From Candidatus Hydrogenedens sp. (GTDB lineage Bacteria; Hydrogenedentota; Hydrogenedentia; Hydrogenedentales; Hydrogenedentaceae), in NCBI GenBank assembly GCA_049968235.1, contig JBMFRC010000003.1:192001-256000 (forward strand): a stretch of 64,000 bases of DNA, written 5' to 3'. The position numbers and the translations under genes were made by a program. The notes under the pieces were generated by a model. That model was not told where the DNA came from and did not search any database. It saw nothing but the letters and a program-made list of their open reading frames with translations. Within the stretch, counting starts at the first letter, position 1. Each line of letters begins with the position of its first letter. Below, in pieces: positions 39,600-48,684 of the stretch.

Positions 39600-41012
39600 A
39601 TGATTGCTTGTGGGATAGATTACGGGACAACTAACACCAGTGTTGCGATTGCAAAAGAGAATGGGCAGATTCAGGTTATAGAACTGGACGAGGAAAATGT
39701 TCCCTCGACCTCACTACCTTCTCTTGTTTATATCGGGTCTGATGGCTCTATTTTTACGGGGCGAAAAGCAGCCAATGTGTTTATTCAGAACAATGTTGGA
39801 CGAGAAGTTATCATGCAATCGGAAGAAACGGGGCTGGAAATATCATCTATTAGCAGGGCAGAGCCGGATAAAAGCGAATTTTATAATCCGAATTTAACAG
39901 ACCCAGATATTCTGGAAAAAATATCTATAAAGACGCTTGTAGATGTGAACATGCCTGGACGATTGTTTCAATCCCTTAAAACAAAGTTAAAATATGTGGA
40001 CTTCAAAGGAACCGATGTTTTCGGAAAGCATTACCAGATAGAGGAATTGGTCTCCCTTATTTTGAAACGATGTAAAGAAAAAGCGGAGCAATATGTTTCT
40101 GATACGATTGATATTGCGGTAATAGGTAGACCCGTCCTTTTCTCTCATAGCGAATTTGAGGACCAGATAGCAGAACGAAGATTGCGAAATGCGGGAATGA
40201 TTGCTGGATTTAAGGATGTAATTTTTTTCTATGAGCCCGTATCCGCTTCAATTGAATATATAAGCACAACATCCACGGAAGACCAGTTGGTAATGGTTGT
40301 GGATATTGGTGGAGGAACCTGTGATATTTGTATTATGAAATTTGAAAAGGCAGAGACGATAGAGGAGAAACTCAAACGAAGTGCGGTGCTATCTATTTCC
40401 GGAGATACTGTCGCCGGGGATATGATTGATAAAGAGATTATTCGCAAACGATTGTTCCATTATTTCGGTAGTACGGCAAGATATGGTCAGAATCATCTTC
40501 CCATGCCTAAAAACATCTTAAATGTTGTATTGGATTGGCAAAATTTGTATCGACTAAATACAGAAGAAACCATTAACTGGTTGATAGCGGTAGAAACTTT
40601 TAGTGACCAGCCGGAAGCCATAAGGGCTTTACGATTATTAATCCAGAAGAACTGTGGCTATCCTCTGGCTTTAGCCGTTGAAAAGGCAAAGAAAGAATTA
40701 AGTTTTCAAGAACAGGCAACAGTTCATTTCCAATTTGAAGGGTTGGACATAGAGGAAACAATTAATCGGGATGAATTCAGCAAAATTATCGAGGATATTT
40801 TAGAGCAGATTCATTCTTTAATTGTGGAAGCGGAACAGAAAGCAGGAGTGAAACCTGGCGATATTAACCTGGTTCTAACTACCGGTGGCACCTGTCTTAT
40901 CCCGGCAATACAAAAGATGCTACAAGAACGATATGGTTCATATCGAATTATTTCACGCGATACATTTACCAGTGTTGCCCGTGGTTTAGCGGTGGTCAGC
41001 CGTTTTCTATAA
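39600..41012 (+). CDS. Hsp70-family actin-like ATPase lacking a substrate-binding domain (YegD-like)
   Basis: GIDYGTTNTSVA, VIGRPV.F, AGF.DV.F.YEPVSAS, VVDIGGGTCD and VLTTGG motifs. The 470-aa length matches YegD-type proteins. Confidence 0.65.
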   Translation: MIACGIDYGTTNTSVAIAKENGQIQVIELDEENVPSTSLPSLVYIGSDGSIFTGRKAANVFIQNNVGREVIMQSEETGLEISSISRAEPDKSEFYNPNLTDPDILEKISIKTLVDVNMPGRLFQSLKTKLKYVDFKGTDVFGKHYQIEELVSLILKRCKEKAEQYVSDTIDIAVIGRPVLFSHSEFEDQIAERRLRNAGMIAGFKDVIFFYEPVSASIEYISTTSTEDQLVMVVDIGGGTCDICIMKFEKAETIEEKLKRSAVLSISGDTVAGDMIDKEIIRKRLFHYFGSTARYGQNHLPMPKNILNVVLDWQNLYRLNTEETINWLIAVETFSDQPEAIRALRLLIQKNCGYPLALAVEKAKKELSFQEQATVHFQFEGLDIEETINRDEFSKIIEDILEQIHSLIVEAEQKAGVKPGDINLVLTTGGTCLIPAIQKMLQERYGSYRIISRDTFTSVARGLAVVSRFL

Positions 41013-41062
41013 TTTTTTCGATTCACATACCGTTTTTTTTATCAACGATAAGGTATCCGTTT

Positions 41063-42433
41063 ATGAGCATGAACTTTTCAGGAAACACATCAAAAGTCCC
41101 GATGATTCAAACAACGGCCGGAGACTGGGAATCTGAACGCTTTTCACGAAGACAAAATTTTATAGAAGCAATGGTGGTTATGCTTATTATTCTTTGTGCC
41201 TTATGGCTGGTAGCCTATCCTTTCGGTGTGGTGATGAAAATACAAGCGGTCAACTTCATCGTAAATTTACTGCTGGTATTAGGTGGGGCATATCTCCTCT
41301 TTGTAGCACCCTTTTTACATAAAGATACAGCCCAATCATGGGGACTGGGAAATCCGGTTCAATATTGGCATTTGATTACAAACGGTCCAATGATAAAAAG
41401 AGCAGTAATTCTCATATCCTCTGTTACCGTTTTTATAGGGCTGAATATTGTTAATTATCGACAATGGCATTATGTTGCTCGTTTTTTCCAGATGCAGGCA
41501 TTGGCACGCACTTTCGGATTGTCTGTAGATGTTTATCAATTACCACACCATTTCCCCGGTGTGCTTTTTGTATTCCTTTTTGGTGTCATTATATCCGCCC
41601 TGATTACCTTTTGTGCTATCCGTTATGATAATTTTCACACAGCATTTCGAACTGCAATGATTATCGCATTGCCTTTGCTGATAGTAATTTTTATTTCTGC
41701 CTATATTCAACGGGGAATGGATGCTTTTCAGCATCTCAGTTTTTCTCGCTGGGCATTGGGGGTATTTGGCTATATTTTCTGGGGTTTCGTTCAACAACTA
41801 TTATTCAGTTCCTATTTTGGCACGCGATTTCGTAAAGCATTTGCACCCTCCAATCATCCTTCCAACAAAGTAACCGGAGAAGAACAAATAAAGAAATCTC
41901 TTATGTTTGGTATTTGGGGTGCTTTGGGAGCAATTGTCTTTACCTGCCTTAGTATTTCCATTGCTTATGGGACAAAGGCGATACCCTCTATAACGGTTTG
42001 GATTCAAATTATTCTCTGGTTAACGGTTTTCTTCTTCCCTATGGGTTTTATTTATGGCTATTTTTACTGTAAAGATAAAAAAAGGATGCTGGTCGCAACT
42101 TTAAGTGCTTCCTGCTTTGGTATGATACACATTGATTCGTATGGATTGGTAGCAGTCACCTGGATGTTAGGAATCATGCTGGTATATGTTTTTATGGAAG
42201 AGAAAAATCGCAATTTAGTAGCCTTAGGATTTATCCATGGATTGTTAGGGAGCACTTTTGGAGAAATGTTCTCAAAAAGTTCTGCGGGTGTCTTAAATGT
42301 AGATTATTCTGTTGGTCCCTGGAATGTAGAAGAACCAACATGGGGGGTACTCATTATACCTGTAATTGTTATCGTTATATATGTCTTTATATTTATAACT
42401 TATCTAAACAAAGCACCCGAGGCAAAAAGTTAG
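41063..42433 (+). CDS. Polytopic membrane protein, possibly a degenerate CPBP/Abi-family intramembrane protease
   Basis: ~10 TM helices. Candidate CPBP motifs are VQQLLFSSYFGTR (QQ where EE is expected), SCFGMIH (FxxxH) and GFIHGLL. The assignment is weak. Confidence 0.35.
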   Translation: MSMNFSGNTSKVPMIQTTAGDWESERFSRRQNFIEAMVVMLIILCALWLVAYPFGVVMKIQAVNFIVNLLLVLGGAYLLFVAPFLHKDTAQSWGLGNPVQYWHLITNGPMIKRAVILISSVTVFIGLNIVNYRQWHYVARFFQMQALARTFGLSVDVYQLPHHFPGVLFVFLFGVIISALITFCAIRYDNFHTAFRTAMIIALPLLIVIFISAYIQRGMDAFQHLSFSRWALGVFGYIFWGFVQQLLFSSYFGTRFRKAFAPSNHPSNKVTGEEQIKKSLMFGIWGALGAIVFTCLSISIAYGTKAIPSITVWIQIILWLTVFFFPMGFIYGYFYCKDKKRMLVATLSASCFGMIHIDSYGLVAVTWMLGIMLVYVFMEEKNRNLVALGFIHGLLGSTFGEMFSKSSAGVLNVDYSVGPWNVEEPTWGVLIIPVIVIVIYVFIFITYLNKAPEAKS

Positions 42434-42780
42434 GTTCTACGGGTGTTTTGAAATCATTGGTTCTCATCCGATAGTCATGAACGGTCAGACAGCATTTTCT
42501 CATCCGTCTTATGTTTTCTATCAGTCCATTTTGTTAATGGAGATATGAAATACCTTCATTCGGCGAGTTCAACTTATTTTTTTATGAGAAGCAACAAATC
42601 TCTAACTTCAAAAATTGACTTTTATACCTGTTGTAACAACAGGTCCTTCTATATCTTGTTTATGTTCTCTCTCAAAACTTTTCACATCAAAGCCGAATAA
42701 GTATCCAATTCCCAAAAAGACATCCATTCGTCGAGTTGCCGGAAAGTCTAAAGAAACAAAGGGAATAACAGATATAATAT

Positions 42781-43548
42781 CTATTTTTTCTTCCTTGTAT
42801 ATTTTATTGGGAAATTGAAAATTCCAATTTTTGCGTCGCCTGATGCTTCAAAACGGGAGTAATTAATATTTAATGAGAGATAAGGTTTTGTATCGAATAG
42901 AGTTCTTTTCAAACGGTTTAAGAAAGTTTCATTTTTAACAGGACGATACTCTGTTTTCCCGAAAGGGAAATAATCCATTCCTGCTTCAAGGAGGAATTCC
43001 TCTCCTGTTAGGTCTAAACGGATTTTTAATGGACCGTATCGATTGTTATTATTAATTTTCCATATTCCACCACCCATGCCACTCCAGAAAGAAAGATATT
43101 TCCCACAATGCAAACCGATTCCTGCCCAAATATCCCCAAAAAGACCGATTTTCCGCATATCTTTAAATGTAATAAGGTTTTTCCAGCCCGGCACCATCCC
43201 TCTACCTATTTCATTGACTATATATACCGGCTTTTCCGAATTCAATTCAGGGAAATATGCGTAATGTCCCATTATAAAATATAATCCCTTTGTCTTATCT
43301 ATTCCTTTATCCTCTTCCTGAGAGTGGCTACAAAGTGTTGTATTCCCTTGTAGAGCAAGTTTTTCTTTTCCACTATTATATAATGGTGAAATTTGTTCGT
43401 CTGTCCGTTCTGTAAGAAAAATTTGTTTTTCATCCGCATGTATAGAAAATGGAGTTATTATCAGGAATACAATAAAAAACCTTCTTACTTTTATGTAGTG
43501 ATATGTAATATTTTGTATGATATTCAGAGACATTCTATTCCTCAACAA
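42781..43548 (-). CDS. Secreted beta-rich protein, probably an outer-membrane beta-barrel whose last ~50 codons lie in another frame (42610-42780)
   Basis: Signal peptide with alternating hydrophobic strands. An overlapping -1 frame encodes ...FLGIGYLFGFDVKSFEREHKQDIEGPVVTTGIKVNF*, which ends in a C-terminal Phe typical of OMPs. Confidence 0.4.
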   Translation of the reverse strand: MLRNRMSLNIIQNITYHYIKVRRFFIVFLIITPFSIHADEKQIFLTERTDEQISPLYNSGKEKLALQGNTTLCSHSQEEDKGIDKTKGLYFIMGHYAYFPELNSEKPVYIVNEIGRGMVPGWKNLITFKDMRKIGLFGDIWAGIGLHCGKYLSFWSGMGGGIWKINNNNRYGPLKIRLDLTGEEFLLEAGMDYFPFGKTEYRPVKNETFLNRLKRTLFDTKPYLSLNINYSRFEASGDAKIGIFNFPIKYTRKKK

Positions 43549-43763
43549 ACTTCTCTCTCTTTTATATTTATATTTTCTCTGCTCTTTATTTATTTTATAG
43601 ATTTCATGTCAAATAATTCCATATCAGGGCGATATTGTTAAATGTTATAAAACAATTTGCAAATGAAAATATAAAATATTCATACTACTTTAATGTCTAT
43701 AAAAATTAGACCTTAAAAGATATATAAAAAAGTTTAACTCCATAAATAGAAGGAGATTGTTCT

Positions 43764-45008
43764 ATGAGTGAAAAGTTTCGTTTAACACGGAGACAATTTA
43801 ACAAAGCGGCAGCGCTTGCAACCTTTGCAGTGATTTCCAGGAACATGGATGCAGCAGAAACGAACAGCGGGACCTTGAAAATTGGTTTAATCGGTTGTGG
43901 GGGGCGAGGTTTTGGTGCCGTAAAGGATTGCATGGAAGGGAATGACAATATAAAAATCGTGGCACTGGCAGATGTTTTTGAAGACCGACTTAAAGAATGC
44001 AGGAAAAAATTGGAATCTATGCAGGGCAGGATGTATAAAGGGAAAGTGGAAATTGATGATGGACATTGCTTTGTTGGTCTGGATGCGTATAAAAAGATTT
44101 TGGAGACCGATATTAATGTCGTTATTCATGCAACACCGCCTTATGCCCGTCCTATGCATATTGAAGCGGTAATTGATGCGGGAAAACATGTATTCACAGA
44201 AAAACCTTTAGCGGTTGACCCTGCGGGTATCCGTCGATTTATCAAAACTGCTCAAAAGGCAAAAGAAAAGAATCTGTGTCTGCATACAGGCACACAAAGA
44301 CGCTCCAGCAATGCATACCGTGAGACGGTTAAGAAGATACAGGATGGTGCTATTGGTGATATTATTGCAGCGCGTGTCTATTGGAATGGTGACCTACCGT
44401 TCTCTCATGACCGTAAACCCGGCTGGAACGATTTGGAATATCGCCTGCGTAACTGGTATAACCAGATATGGACCTGTGGAGATAATATCGTGGAACAACA
44501 TATACATAATATCGATATTATCAACTGGATAATGGGTACCCATCCCGTGAAGGTAGTGGGGTCTGGAGGCAGAGCATGGAAACCGCGTGAAGAGAAATAT
44601 GGAGACCTTTGGGACCATTTCGAATGCGATTATGAATATCCAAATGGTGTGCATATGTTCAGTTTCTCACGCCATTGGAATAATTCGAAGAACGATGTCT
44701 TCGAACAAGTATTTGGCACAAAAGGAAAGAGCATGTGCAATGATATGGGTAAAGATACCATAAATCCGTATGTTCAGGAGCATATTGACCTTATTAAAGC
44801 CATTCGTGGGGAAGCCCCTTATGTGAATACAGGTATTGAATGTGCAGAAAGCACAATGACTGCTATCATGGGTCGTATGTCTGCCTACACAGGACAGGAA
44901 TTAACATGGGATGATGCATTAAACGCAGATTTAAGTATTGTTCCGGAAGATTTAGACTGGAGCAAATCTTACCCGATAGGTCCTATCCCTGTTCCTGGTA
45001 AAGCATAA
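43764..45008 (+). CDS. TAT-secreted Gfo/Idh/MocA family oxidoreductase
   Basis: TAT motif LTRRQFNKAAALA. GLIGCGGRG Rossmann motif. It is a paralogue of the 30353-31768 gene. Confidence 0.8.
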   Translation: MSEKFRLTRRQFNKAAALATFAVISRNMDAAETNSGTLKIGLIGCGGRGFGAVKDCMEGNDNIKIVALADVFEDRLKECRKKLESMQGRMYKGKVEIDDGHCFVGLDAYKKILETDINVVIHATPPYARPMHIEAVIDAGKHVFTEKPLAVDPAGIRRFIKTAQKAKEKNLCLHTGTQRRSSNAYRETVKKIQDGAIGDIIAARVYWNGDLPFSHDRKPGWNDLEYRLRNWYNQIWTCGDNIVEQHIHNIDIINWIMGTHPVKVVGSGGRAWKPREEKYGDLWDHFECDYEYPNGVHMFSFSRHWNNSKNDVFEQVFGTKGKSMCNDMGKDTINPYVQEHIDLIKAIRGEAPYVNTGIECAESTMTAIMGRMSAYTGQELTWDDALNADLSIVPEDLDWSKSYPIGPIPVPGKA

Positions 45009-45019
45009 TTGTAGATAAT

Positions 45020-45053
45020 ATGGGCGGGTTAGATGTTTTATCTGCCCGCCCAT
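45020..45053. terminator. Imperfect 14-bp hairpin between convergent genes
   Basis: atgggcgggttagat-gtttt-atctgcccgcccat. There is no strong U-tract. Confidence 0.3.
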
Positions 45054-45093
45054 GTCAATATATACCGCTCGTTATTACTCCTATGTATTTTCA

Positions 45094-46755
45094 TTAAATG
45101 CGGTCAAAGATTTTTTCGATGACTTCAATAATATGAGTTGGGCAGGCGTAAACACCTTTTACAGGTAGGGTAAGGATTCTTTCTACTTCTTGTAATAAAT
45201 AAGTATTATCCGGTTCCGTTGTTGATAGTAAAACTTGAGTTGTGTCGTTGATTCGTAAGGGGAGTAATAGATATTTCATACAAAAAGTGTAATCAAGTAA
45301 ATATGCTTGTTCGATGTTTACATGCTTTTCATTTATAAATAATAAGGGGATATTTTTTTGTAGGGACAACGTCTGAAATAGAACAATTTCATCAATCCAT
45401 CCCTGTTCTAATAATAAGGTTCCTAATCGGCAATATCGTTTATCTTTCTGTAAAATAAGCATTTCTTCCAATTGGGTATTTGTAATGAAGTTTGCTTTAA
45501 CGAGCAATTCTCCTAATTTTAAATAAGGTTTTTCTGCCTCTTGAAGTGCCATAACCAAACGGATGTAAGTTTCTTCATATTTTCTTTTTCCTTCATAATT
45601 CTGTTCGTCTCCCAACAGCATCAATTGCTCCTGCAATGTTTCTACCTGATATTGCCAGTATTTCACGGATTCAGATAGTTCTTCATTGCGTTTCATAGAA
45701 ACTCTGTATTCCTGCTGGAAACGCTCTTTTTCTTTTTTCAGTCCTTCGATTGTTCGCAAGAGTTCCTTACATTGTTCAATAATTTCTTGATGTTTTTGCT
45801 CCAATTTTTGCTGTTGTTCTTCCTGTTTCTTTTGTCCCAATATTGCCTTTGCCATCTCTGTGGATAATTTTTGATTTTCTTTGAGAAGTACTTCTTTTTC
45901 TTTTATCAATTTATCTAATAATTGCTGTTGCGTATCAATGTAAGTTTTTAATGTTGTGATATTCGCCTGTAATTGTGCAATTTGCGTGTTAAGTTGGTTG
46001 TTTTCAAATTGAGATTTTTTAATTTCATCTTCTTTGTCTTTCAATAGCAACTTTTGTTTTGACAATGTATCTTCTAACATCTGTTCTGTACTTTCTAATT
46101 CTGCTATCCGAACTAGGGCATTGCTTAAATCTACAGTTGTAGTCTGTATTTTTTTTATAAGGTTGGAAATTATTTCCTCCGATTCAGCATGACGGGTTGC
46201 TATTTCTATATTTTCCTGTTCCTTTTGATGAAGTTTTTCCTGTAATTCCCTTACCTTTGTTTTTTCTGCATGGTGGTCCACCTGGGTAGAATATAATTGC
46301 TGTTCCAATGCCTTTGAGGATAGTTCCGTTTCCTGCAATTGTTTTTTAAGGAGTTGTATTTCTTCATTTAATAAACTTTTTTGCTGTTCAAATCTTTTTT
46401 TATCCTCTTGAAGGTTCTGTATTACCTGCTGTAATTGCTCGTTTTGTTTTTGTTCCTGCAGTAGTTCCGATTTTAATTCCATTAAATCCAGAAGAAAATT
46501 ATTCAATTGTTCGCTAAGGAAAGAAAGTGTTGATGAAGATGTGTCTTTTTCTTGTTTATCAGCAGGTATTGTTGGATATGTATGATAAATCTTCGATTTT
46601 TTCTTTTCTTCTCCATAACCACTTCCGCCTAACGGTGAGTAAATAATATGAAACTTCGGAGTAAAGATGGATTGCAAAAGGAAGGTGAGGTCTTTTTTTA
46701 GATAAGGAAGATATGTCTGGCTTCTTCTAACGAAATATTTAGTAAATGAGTTCAT
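45094..46755 (-). CDS. Long coiled-coil protein with a C-terminal GspE-N/MshEN-type domain (putative c-di-GMP receptor)
   Basis: Residues ~75-420 are a Q/E/K-rich heptad coiled coil. The C-terminal ~130 aa has the duplicated MshEN motif: KLGELLVKANFITNTQLEEMLILQ and RLGTLLLEQGWIDEIVLFQTLSLQ (RLGxxLLxxGWIxxxxLxxxLxxQ). Confidence 0.65.
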   Translation of the reverse strand: MNSFTKYFVRRSQTYLPYLKKDLTFLLQSIFTPKFHIIYSPLGGSGYGEEKKKSKIYHTYPTIPADKQEKDTSSSTLSFLSEQLNNFLLDLMELKSELLQEQKQNEQLQQVIQNLQEDKKRFEQQKSLLNEEIQLLKKQLQETELSSKALEQQLYSTQVDHHAEKTKVRELQEKLHQKEQENIEIATRHAESEEIISNLIKKIQTTTVDLSNALVRIAELESTEQMLEDTLSKQKLLLKDKEDEIKKSQFENNQLNTQIAQLQANITTLKTYIDTQQQLLDKLIKEKEVLLKENQKLSTEMAKAILGQKKQEEQQQKLEQKHQEIIEQCKELLRTIEGLKKEKERFQQEYRVSMKRNEELSESVKYWQYQVETLQEQLMLLGDEQNYEGKRKYEETYIRLVMALQEAEKPYLKLGELLVKANFITNTQLEEMLILQKDKRYCRLGTLLLEQGWIDEIVLFQTLSLQKNIPLLFINEKHVNIEQAYLLDYTFCMKYLLLPLRINDTTQVLLSTTEPDNTYLLQEVERILTLPVKGVYACPTHIIEVIEKIFDRI

Positions 46756-47693
46756 GGTTTTACAGGATTTATAAGTGCCTCTATCAGACTGTTTTCAAAT
46801 TGTTCTCTATTTTTCCATGTTAAGGCACAACGCACGGGTCTTCCGTTATCATCCGGATAGGTCTTTCCTTCTTTATCAATGGACAGGTTCAAGGTTTTAA
46901 TTTCTACAGCCTCTTCGGACCATGTGCAATAACCTGCTAATGTATCATATAACACACTACTTTCATCTTTAGGATAATGTTTGCGATTTGTCCAGATGTT
47001 ATAGTTTTCAATGACTACTTTTGCGAATGGGGATTGTGATTCCTCAATCTTTCGATAGTTATCTCCTTTTAGAATGATAGTCCCGCAGGTATCTAATGGG
47101 ATAATGGTAATCTCCCAAGGTGCGGAAAAGACCTTTCGGGCGCTTTCCACATCTCTACAAATATTGTATTCGCAATCTCTACTGTTCTTCCCGCCATATC
47201 CGATATAAACACTTCCTGCCATAGAAACAATTCGTGCTTTTTGAGCAATATCCGGTGCCATTTCTAAAGCCTTAGCAATATTCATCATAGGACCTATAAC
47301 ACAAAGTATGGTGGGTTCCTGAGCACTCCGTATCATTTCAATCATAGTTTTTACACCCTCTTCATGGATTTTCCCTTTATAATTGTCCAATGAATATTTT
47401 TCTATCCATGATAACTGATTAATATCTTTATTACTTGTTTTTACCCCTTTACCTATGGGAATATCTGTCCTTTCGACAGTTTCCAGCATTCGTGCCACCA
47501 GTTTTACCTTAGTTTCTGTGTTATCGCATGCAGTTACAATAAGTTTCAGATCTACTTTCCCCGCACCTAAAAGATGCATCAATGCCCATGTATCGTCAAT
47601 ATCGTCACCAATGTCCGTATCGAGAATAATTTGAGGCAGAGACATTGCACTGCATGAAAATAGCCATAGTAGGAGAAATAGATATTTATTCAT
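46752..47693 (-). CDS. Secreted nucleoside hydrolase (IUNH family)
   Basis: Signal peptide followed by ILDTDIGDDIDDTWAL (DxDxxxDD Ca2+/ribose-binding motif). It overlaps the downstream coiled-coil gene by 4 nt. Confidence 0.8.
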   Translation of the reverse strand: MNKYLFLLLWLFSCSAMSLPQIILDTDIGDDIDDTWALMHLLGAGKVDLKLIVTACDNTETKVKLVARMLETVERTDIPIGKGVKTSNKDINQLSWIEKYSLDNYKGKIHEEGVKTMIEMIRSAQEPTILCVIGPMMNIAKALEMAPDIAQKARIVSMAGSVYIGYGGKNSRDCEYNICRDVESARKVFSAPWEITIIPLDTCGTIILKGDNYRKIEESQSPFAKVVIENYNIWTNRKHYPKDESSVLYDTLAGYCTWSEEAVEIKTLNLSIDKEGKTYPDDNGRPVRCALTWKNREQFENSLIEALINPVKP

Positions 47694-47709
47694 ACGAAAT
47701 CCCTTATAG

Positions 47710-48666
47710 TTATGGGGTTATTAATTTTCCAGCCAGTAATAACGCACCTACAAGAACCACCTGTTCCCCTAATTCACAAGGAGATATTTCATACTGGTTG
47801 CGAAATGGAGTAAATACTAATCGGTCAACGACCGCACGAATTCGGTTTAAAAGCACATCCCCCATTAATGATACTCCCCCTCCTAACGCAATTTTTTCAG
47901 GATGGAATAATGTAATAACATTGGAGATAGCAATACCAACCGATTGAGCAATACGGTCTAATTCTTCACAGGCAAAAGAGTCTTCCTCCTCCGCACACTT
48001 ACCTAAAAGGACACAGGTCATAAGGTTGAGATTCCCTCCTGTTTTTGCCCACAAAGAACTTTTTTGTGGCACATAATTTTCCGTTTGTAATCTTCGTTCA
48101 ATGCTCCAGCCCGAACAGATATTTTCCAGTTTATTGTAGGCACCCCGTTCTTCTTGTGTCCAATCGGGAACATAAGTATGACCTATTTCTCCAGCGCCCA
48201 ATCCCTGTCCATCATGCAATTTCCCATCTATAATAAGGGCTCCGCCAATGCCACTGCCAATATTCATATAAAAAAAGTTTCGTGTCCCTTTACCTCTGCC
48301 ACAAACAAATTCAGCCCAGCCTGCAGAATTTGCATCATTTGCAAGAACTGTCGGAATGGAAAAGGTATCTTCGAACCATTGTCGGAGAGGGAAACCTTGC
48401 CAGCCCGTGATTTGATGTGAAATCAGAACTTTCCCCTCAACACTATCAACAGGTCCACCAAAGCCTATTCCAATACTTTGCACTCGTTGTCCTTCTTGCT
48501 CCGCTTTTTGAATTTGATTTTTTGTCGTTTCTGTTACCCAATCTAAAATCTCGCGGGACTGCCAATCTTTTTGAACCGTTCCACGCTCTAAATGATAAAT
48601 ATTCCCTTTTTCATCACCTAAAACAACCTGCAATTTTGTTCCACCAATTTCAATCCCTATCAACAT
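47710..48666 (-). CDS. ROK family sugar kinase (glucokinase/NagK-like)
   Basis: MLIGIEIGGTKLQVVLGD N-terminal ATP motif. ROK signature GIGGGVS-like (GIGFGGPVD...GSGIGGALIIDG). Confidence 0.8.
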   Translation of the reverse strand: MLIGIEIGGTKLQVVLGDEKGNIYHLERGTVQKDWQSREILDWVTETTKNQIQKAEQEGQRVQSIGIGFGGPVDSVEGKVLISHQITGWQGFPLRQWFEDTFSIPTVLANDANSAGWAEFVCGRGKGTRNFFYMNIGSGIGGALIIDGKLHDGQGLGAGEIGHTYVPDWTQEERGAYNKLENICSGWSIERRLQTENYVPQKSSLWAKTGGNLNLMTCVLLGKCAEEEDSFACEELDRIAQSVGIAISNVITLFHPEKIALGGGVSLMGDVLLNRIRAVVDRLVFTPFRNQYEISPCELGEQVVLVGALLLAGKLITP

Positions 48667-48684
48667 TATGACTTCCTCTTTTCT

